Assembly: GCA_022601635.1 (NCBI GenBank)
Contig: JAJACG010000009.1
Coordinates: forward strand, 6,081 to 70,080
Reading direction: 5' to 3'
From: Chlamydiales bacterium
GTDB taxonomy: Bacteria; Chlamydiota; Chlamydiia; Chlamydiales; JAAKFR01
Length of the DNA: 64,000 nt
Shown here: in pieces, positions 58,318 to 64,000 of the stretch
Numbering within the stretch: position 1 is the first letter of the stretch
Layout of the letters: every line of letters starts with the position of its first letter
The notes under the pieces: generated by a model
Database searches by the model: none
What the model was told of the DNA's origin: nothing
What the model saw: only the letters and a program-made list of their open reading frames with translations
Translations under genes and position numbers: made by a program

Positions 58318-61300
58318 CTCTAGCTTCTTGCTAAAATCGACTTGAAGACCGTTGAGATCCAAGGTCGCTTCACGATTCTCACCAACATAAAACGCAAGCT
58401 TCACCGGCTGCTTGCCTTCATGAGCTTTCAATAGCTTCTTGATTTTCAAAATGTAACTCAAGCGCGCCTTTGTCGCATCCATCTTAAGCGTTACCGTTTC
58501 TACTGCTTTTGCCACCTCTTGCTCCACCTTCTTTTTCTGCATCATTTCACTGCGTTGCACACGCAACTTCGCCGCATCAAACGCCTGATCACACGCCTCC
58601 ATCATCTGCTCATTCACCTGCGTCAAATCATCCAACCAGCGACATTGAATGCGCAGCGACTCTTCTCGTCGATCAACCTGTAATACCGCATAAAGCAGAC
58701 GGTTTTCATCTAAAAGATCACTCTTCTGCTCATACAGATCGGGCCAGACAGGCAGCTCATATGAAACCATCCCATCCCCAATACGCAATATTGCAAACTT
58801 CTGCTGCTTCTTCTGCGAGATCCTCACCTGCACAGAATCCACTATAAATGCCGCTCGGAAAATCGCGTTGTGCTCCAACTCTTCTACTCGACCAAGCGGA
58901 ATACAGGAGAGCCGCTGCAGAACCTTGGCGTAATTCTCCATAGGATGACCAGTCAAGAAAAAGCCCAAAAGCTCCTTTTCCTTAATCAAAATCTGCCCCT
59001 TCGGCGTCGCTGTCGCTACCTTCGGCTCCTTCTCAAAACGCTTCTCAGTTCCCTCACCAATCAGATTGAAGAGCGTCATCACACCTGATGCCTTCTCCTT
59101 CTGTTCCTTAGCTGCCACATCATACATCTGCTCAACACTCTGACGCATCGCATCACGCGACCAACCTGTAAAATCAAACGAACCCGCATCAACCAGGCAC
59201 TCAATCGGCTTTTTCCCAACACGCTTCAGATCAATACGCTCAAAGAAGTTGTAGAAATTCTTGAAGGGGCCACCTTTTTCCCGCTCCTCAATAATCGCCT
59301 CCACAACACCCTCACCAACACCCTTAATGCCCGACATTGCAAAGCGAATACCGCTCTTGGTCGCCACAAACTCCTTGCCAGCCTCATTCACATCAGGTGG
59401 CAAGATCTCAATCTGCATCGACTTCCCTTCTCGAATGAACTTAGCCACCTTCGAAATATCATCGCGGTCGCAAGTCATCAGTGCCGCCATCCATTCACTT
59501 GGATAGTTGGCCTTCAAATAGGCCGTCACATAGGTGATGAAGCCATACGCCGCTGCGTGCGATTTGTTAAAACCATAGGCAGCAAATTTCTCCATCTTAT
59601 CAAAGATTGCCGTTGCCACCGACTCCTCAATGCCATTGTCAATACAGCCAGTGCGAAACTTCTCTCGCTCTTTAGCCATCTGATCCGCATCCTTCTTACC
59701 CATCGCTTTGCGAAGCACATCACCCTCACCCAAGCTGTAGCCAGCAAGTTTTTGTGCAATCTGCATCACCTGCTCCTGATAGACCATAATACCATAGGTC
59801 TCTGCCAAAATTGGCTCCATCAACGGATGATCAGAATCAATTGGCTCCTTGCCATGCTTGCGCGCAATAAATGATGGAATCATATCCATCGGGCCAGGTC
59901 TGTAAAGCGCACCAATCGCCATGATCTCCTCAAAACGATCCGGCCCCAGCTGCTTCGCCAACTCCTGCATACCACCCGATTCCATCTGGAAGACACCCAA
60001 CGTTCTCCCCTCTTTGAGAAGCTGAAACGTTTTGGGATCCTCCAAAGGCAGATTGACAGGATCAATCTTCTTGCCCGTCTTCTTCTCAATCGCCTCACAG
60101 CAAATCTTGATGCTGGTCAACGTCTTGAGACCCAAGAAGTCGATCTTCAGCATGCCAACCGCTTCCACCGGCTTCATCGAGTATTGCGTCGCCGCCAGCT
60201 GCGAATCTTTTGCCAAACAGACAGGAATGTGATCGGTCAGCGGCTGCCCACAAACAATCAGACCAGCCGCATGAATACCCGTATTTCGAATCGACCCCTC
60301 AAGACGGCGCGCCAAATCAATCACTCGCTTTGCATCGGGATCCTTGTCATAGATGTTGTAGAGATCAACATCAATCTCAAGAGCGCGATCAATCGTCATC
60401 CCCAGATCATCAGGCACAAATTTTGCAATCTGATTCACCTTGGCAAGCGGCACACTCAAAACGCGTCCCACATCTTTGATCGCCATCTTCGCCTTCATCG
60501 TACCAAAGGTGATGATCTGCGCCACATTGTCACTGCCATAGGTGCGCACCGTGTAGTCAATTACATCGCTGCGACCCCACATGCAGATATCAACATCAAT
60601 ATCAGGATAGGAGATCCGTTCAGGATTGATGAAGCGCTCAAAGAAAAGACCAAAGCGCAGCGGCTCAATATCGGTAATACCGATCAAATAGAGAACAATC
60701 GAACCAGCACCCGACCCCCTTCCTGGCCCCACTGGAATCCCCTGACTCTTCGCCCAGTTGATGAAATCCCACACGATCAAAAGATAATCACACATTCCCA
60801 TGCGCGAGATCAGTCCAAACTCATGCTCCAAACGGCTCTTGACCGCTTCCAAGCCACCCGCCTTTTCCAGCCGCTCCTCGTTATAGCGCTTCTCTATTCC
60901 CTCCTCACACAGCTTCAGCAAAAAGTCAGCAGAGGCCTTCGCCCTCTCTTCATCTGCACACTCTTTGTCACGAAGATCAGGCGGTACATAGACAGGATAG
61001 TGCTTCGTTTTGAAGTCGAGCTCCACCTCACATTTCTTCGCAACCTCAACCGTATTAGAAATCGCCTCAGGAACATCGGCAAAGATCTTGGCCATCTGCT
61101 CAGATGTTTTGAAGTAAAGCTCGCGACTCGCATAGACGCGCCTTTTAGGGTTGGGCACGCGCATCGTCGGATTGCCCTGACTATCTCTTTCCCAAATCTC
61201 AACAGGCTCCCCCGTCTGAATATTGAGCAAAATCTCATGCGCCTGCCAATCTTCTGGCTCCAAGTAGTGCGTGTCATTTGTCGCTACAAGCGGGATGCCC

Positions 61301-61938
61301 TTTTTCTTTGACATCGCAATCAGCTGCTCATTGACCCTCTCCTGCTTCTGGATGAAATCTTCGTAATCATGCTGCAACCAACTCTCATCAAAAGTGGGCT
61401 GATCCATTTTATGTCTTTGCAGCTCTAGGTAGTAGTCTTCACCAAAAAGATCATGGTGCCAATTGATCTCTTCCTCAAGCGCCTCCTCACCCTTCAAGGC
61501 AGCAGCTGCAACTTGAGAGGAGAGACAGGCAGAGAGACAGATCAAGCCGCCGCTATGCTGCTTCAGCAGCTCCTTGTCAATACGTGGAAAGTAGTAAAAC
61601 CCCTCTAAATAGCCAATCGATGTGAGTTTGCAAAGGTTGTGATACCCCTCATCATTTTTGGCCAAAAGAACCAAATGATAGGCATTTCGAATACCTGGGG
61701 CAGCGCGCTTTTTCTCTAACCTGCTGCCAGGCGCCACATAGACCTCGCAACCCAAAATTGGTTTCACACCCTCAGAGATGCACGCCTTGTAAAAGTCGAC
61801 AGCGCCATGCATGTTGCCATGGTCCGTTAAAGCGCACGCCTCCATGCCAGCTGCTTTTGCCTTCTTTGCTATGCCCTTGACAGGACAGGCTGCATCTAAG
61901 ATTGAATATTGGGAGTGAAGATGAAGCGGAATCCACAT
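58282..61938 (-). CDS. dnaE: DNA polymerase III alpha subunit
   Basis: HLHSQYS.LD (PHP), GPGRGSGAGS, PDIDVD, YGFNKSHAAAY. Confidence 0.98.
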   Translation of the reverse strand: MWIPLHLHSQYSILDAACPVKGIAKKAKAAGMEACALTDHGNMHGAVDFYKACISEGVKPILGCEVYVAPGSRLEKKRAAPGIRNAYHLVLLAKNDEGYHNLCKLTSIGYLEGFYYFPRIDKELLKQHSGGLICLSACLSSQVAAAALKGEEALEEEINWHHDLFGEDYYLELQRHKMDQPTFDESWLQHDYEDFIQKQERVNEQLIAMSKKKGIPLVATNDTHYLEPEDWQAHEILLNIQTGEPVEIWERDSQGNPTMRVPNPKRRVYASRELYFKTSEQMAKIFADVPEAISNTVEVAKKCEVELDFKTKHYPVYVPPDLRDKECADEERAKASADFLLKLCEEGIEKRYNEERLEKAGGLEAVKSRLEHEFGLISRMGMCDYLLIVWDFINWAKSQGIPVGPGRGSGAGSIVLYLIGITDIEPLRFGLFFERFINPERISYPDIDVDICMWGRSDVIDYTVRTYGSDNVAQIITFGTMKAKMAIKDVGRVLSVPLAKVNQIAKFVPDDLGMTIDRALEIDVDLYNIYDKDPDAKRVIDLARRLEGSIRNTGIHAAGLIVCGQPLTDHIPVCLAKDSQLAATQYSMKPVEAVGMLKIDFLGLKTLTSIKICCEAIEKKTGKKIDPVNLPLEDPKTFQLLKEGRTLGVFQMESGGMQELAKQLGPDRFEEIMAIGALYRPGPMDMIPSFIARKHGKEPIDSDHPLMEPILAETYGIMVYQEQVMQIAQKLAGYSLGEGDVLRKAMGKKDADQMAKEREKFRTGCIDNGIEESVATAIFDKMEKFAAYGFNKSHAAAYGFITYVTAYLKANYPSEWMAALMTCDRDDISKVAKFIREGKSMQIEILPPDVNEAGKEFVATKSGIRFAMSGIKGVGEGVVEAIIEEREKGGPFKNFYNFFERIDLKRVGKKPIECLVDAGSFDFTGWSRDAMRQSVEQMYDVAAKEQKEKASGVMTLFNLIGEGTEKRFEKEPKVATATPKGQILIKEKELLGFFLTGHPMENYAKVLQRLSCIPLGRVEELEHNAIFRAAFIVDSVQVRISQKKQQKFAILRIGDGMVSYELPVWPDLYEQKSDLLDENRLLYAVLQVDRREESLRIQCRWLDDLTQVNEQMMEACDQAFDAAKLRVQRSEMMQKKKVEQEVAKAVETVTLKMDATKARLSYILKIKKLLKAHEGKQPVKLAFYVGENREATLDLNGLQVDFSKKLESALKPLGVERG

Positions 61939-61956
61939 GGCGTCAGTATAGCGTGA

Positions 61957-63324
61957 CTACGCAGTAGAAGCAACAGCTTCGTCATCTGCTTGCTTACCGC
62001 CCGCTCTTGCATTCCACATCGGTAAAAAGAGAAGCGTTGTCAAAGCGCCACACGCTGCCAAGATGGTGAAAAAGCCGCTCCATCCAAAGCCTTGCGCAAC
62101 AGCACCCAAAGGATAGCCGGCAGAGGCCGCCCCAAAGTAGGCAAACCAACCTGCAAAACCACTCGCTGTTCCAGCAGCTTTCTTGTGCGAAAGCTCCGCT
62201 GCTGCCAAACCAATCAACATTTGAGGACCAAATAAAAAGAAACCTGTTGAAAAAAGAAGTGCTGAATCAATCCATACAGTTGCGTTGGGTAGCATCCAAA
62301 GTGCTATAACCGATGCCAACATACCAAGAGAAAAGAGCACATTCATCGGACCGCGTCTGCCTTGATGCACCTTGTCTGAAAGCCAGCCGGCAACCAGCAT
62401 GCCAGCTAGACCTCCAACATCAAAGAGGGAGACGCAGCCATTAGCCTTGATCATCGAGTAGCCCTTTGTCTCAATCAAATAGAGCGCACTCCAATCACTG
62501 ATCGCCATCCGCACAACATAGACAAAGAAGCTGGCGATCGCCAACATCCAGAGCCACTTGTTGTTCAATACATGCTCAAAAAGAATCTGCCGAGTGGTCA
62601 ACTCCTTCTCTTTGCCCTCTTCTTGCTTCTTGCCCTGGTAGTCCTTACGGAACTTCTCAATCGGGGGAAGACCAAGCGACTGTGGTGTATCGCGTAAACG
62701 GTTGATTAGCAAGAAACCGACCAGAATACAGAGAACACCCGGCACAAACATAGCGACACGCCAACCCCAATATTGAGCGCAAAAACCGATCACAATCGGG
62801 ATCAAGAAGCCACCCACATTGTGCGAAGTGCTCCAAAAACTCCACCACTTGCCCCTCTCAGACTGCGAATACCAGTGAGTCAAAAGACGAGCACAGGGCG
62901 GCCATCCCCACCCCTGGAACCAGCCATTTAACCCCCAAAAGATCGCAAATAGCATCAAGGAGGAGGAGAGTCCAAAGCAGATATTGACCGCTCCCGTAAT
63001 GATCAAACCAATCGCCATAAAAAAGCGCGGATTGGATTGATCCGACATCACACCACTAAAAAATTTACTCAACCCATAGGTAATATAGAGCATACTACCC
63101 AAAATACCGAGCTGCGCCTTACTATACCCAAGGTCAGCCATCAGAGCTGGCATCGCGAAAGTAAAACTTTTCCGCGTGAAGTAGTAGAAGACATAGCCGA
63201 TGAACATCGTATAAAAAATACGAATACGCCAGTAGCGGTACTTCTTACGAACAACCGCTTGGTCTTGTATTTCTTCTGCGTGCTCTGCAGGTTTCAAAAA
63301 ATTTAGTGAGATGTTCAAAGGCAC
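61957..63324 (-). CDS. uhpC: Hexose-phosphate transporter (OPA family)
   Basis: YYFTRKSF, QGWGWPPC, SHNVGG, GPQMLIG...AE...K.AAG. Confidence 0.9.
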   Translation of the reverse strand: MPLNISLNFLKPAEHAEEIQDQAVVRKKYRYWRIRIFYTMFIGYVFYYFTRKSFTFAMPALMADLGYSKAQLGILGSMLYITYGLSKFFSGVMSDQSNPRFFMAIGLIITGAVNICFGLSSSLMLFAIFWGLNGWFQGWGWPPCARLLTHWYSQSERGKWWSFWSTSHNVGGFLIPIVIGFCAQYWGWRVAMFVPGVLCILVGFLLINRLRDTPQSLGLPPIEKFRKDYQGKKQEEGKEKELTTRQILFEHVLNNKWLWMLAIASFFVYVVRMAISDWSALYLIETKGYSMIKANGCVSLFDVGGLAGMLVAGWLSDKVHQGRRGPMNVLFSLGMLASVIALWMLPNATVWIDSALLFSTGFFLFGPQMLIGLAAAELSHKKAAGTASGFAGWFAYFGAASAGYPLGAVAQGFGWSGFFTILAACGALTTLLFLPMWNARAGGKQADDEAVASTA

Positions 63325-63420
63325 GTCTCCTCAAAATTTAGGCCGATGAGTAGTATATCAGAAAGACGATAAAAAATCACTTTTGTTTTTTTAGCAAGAT
63401 GATTTATCTCTAAGTATAAT

Positions 63421-63711
63421 ATGCCTTTGACAGAGCAAGAGATTGACCAGTTTTTAGAAGATGTGGGCGCTCTTTCCGATCCTAAGAGGGAAAAACCCGC
63501 TCTACCGACACTCCCTCAGAAGAGCAAAACATCTAAAAAAATTTCTTATATATTGCTTGTAACTCTCTTTACTTTGGGGTTGAGTGTAGGCCTTTTGATC
63601 AATCAAGTTTCAATTGGTCGACAGTTCACCTACATTGCGCAAAAACTGAGCGAACTTAAGCCAATTGAAGATCGCTCCATCGATATAGATCTAAATTCTA
63701 CAGTTCGCTAA
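63421..63711 (+). CDS. Small hypothetical membrane protein
   Basis: 96 aa with one TM segment, upstream of hisS. Confidence 0.5.
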   Translation: MPLTEQEIDQFLEDVGALSDPKREKPALPTLPQKSKTSKKISYILLVTLFTLGLSVGLLINQVSIGRQFTYIAQKLSELKPIEDRSIDIDLNSTVR

Positions 63712-63720
63712 CATGGTCGG

Positions 63721-64000
63721 ATGACATATCGAATCCCTAAAGGTGTATTTGACATTCTCCCTGAAGATGAGGAGTTGTGGCGGCAATCTCACCTCTGGAA
63801 CTGGGTAGAATCCACCTTCCGCGAAACCACCAAGCACTTTGGGTACAACGAAATCCGCACTCCCCTTTTTGAATCAACCGATCTCTTCACCCGCAGTATT
63901 GGCAGCACAACTGATATTGTGACCAAGGAGATGTACAGTTTCAAAGATCAAGGGGGCCGCTCAATGACGCTGCGCCCAGAGGGAACTGCTCCTGTTATGC
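63721..64000 (+). CDS. hisS: Histidyl-tRNA synthetase (3'-truncated by the window edge)
   Basis: Manual translation MTYRIPKGVFDILP...GYNEIRTPLFE...TDIVTKEMYSFKD.GGR...LRPEGTA; absent from the ORF track because it has no stop. Confidence 0.95.
   Translation, partial: MTYRIPKGVFDILPEDEELWRQSHLWNWVESTFRETTKHFGYNEIRTPLFESTDLFTRSIGSTTDIVTKEMYSFKDQGGRSMTLRPEGTAPVM

Noticed and set aside
60184-61311. 375-aa plus-strand ORF
   Set aside because: Antisense shadow of dnaE with no recognisable motif.
58282-61938. Intein or split in dnaE
   Set aside because: Length and motif order are normal and no intein motifs are seen.

Overview
Chromosomal fragment of an environmental member of the Chlamydiae. The assignment is inferred from gene content and order, recalled rather than searched: grgA-gapA-rplQ-rpoA...rplC-cap1-fmt-lpxA-fabZ-lpxC-lnt, then dac-rsbW-dnaE-uhpC-hisS, and a ribosomal cluster lacking S10, S14 and L30. 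The right half (about 31-64 kb) is core housekeeping; the left half (1-31 kb) is largely accessory. Four regions stand out. (1) A PEP-mutase (pepM) phosphonate locus with an ABC exporter, an atypical dikinase, a Gfo/Idh/MocA oxidoreductase, a variant citrate synthase and a class IV aminotransferase; no phosphonopyruvate decarboxylase is visible in the window. (2) A DUF3419/GNAT/TauD/MFS/inositol-oxygenase cluster. (3) A signal-peptide Rhs toxin with a hydrolase-like tip, followed by two related lipoproteins and an orphan 53-codon tip cassette; each lipoprotein gene ends in a ~70-nt four-way-junction palindrome with 3-nt loops and compensatory base changes. (4) Three tandem, covarying rod-shaped hairpins separated by CTTA that run directly into the ribosome-binding site of a tandem-HIT gene. 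No tRNA, rRNA, CRISPR array, transposase or integrase was recognised. All calls come from motif reading by eye, with no database search.
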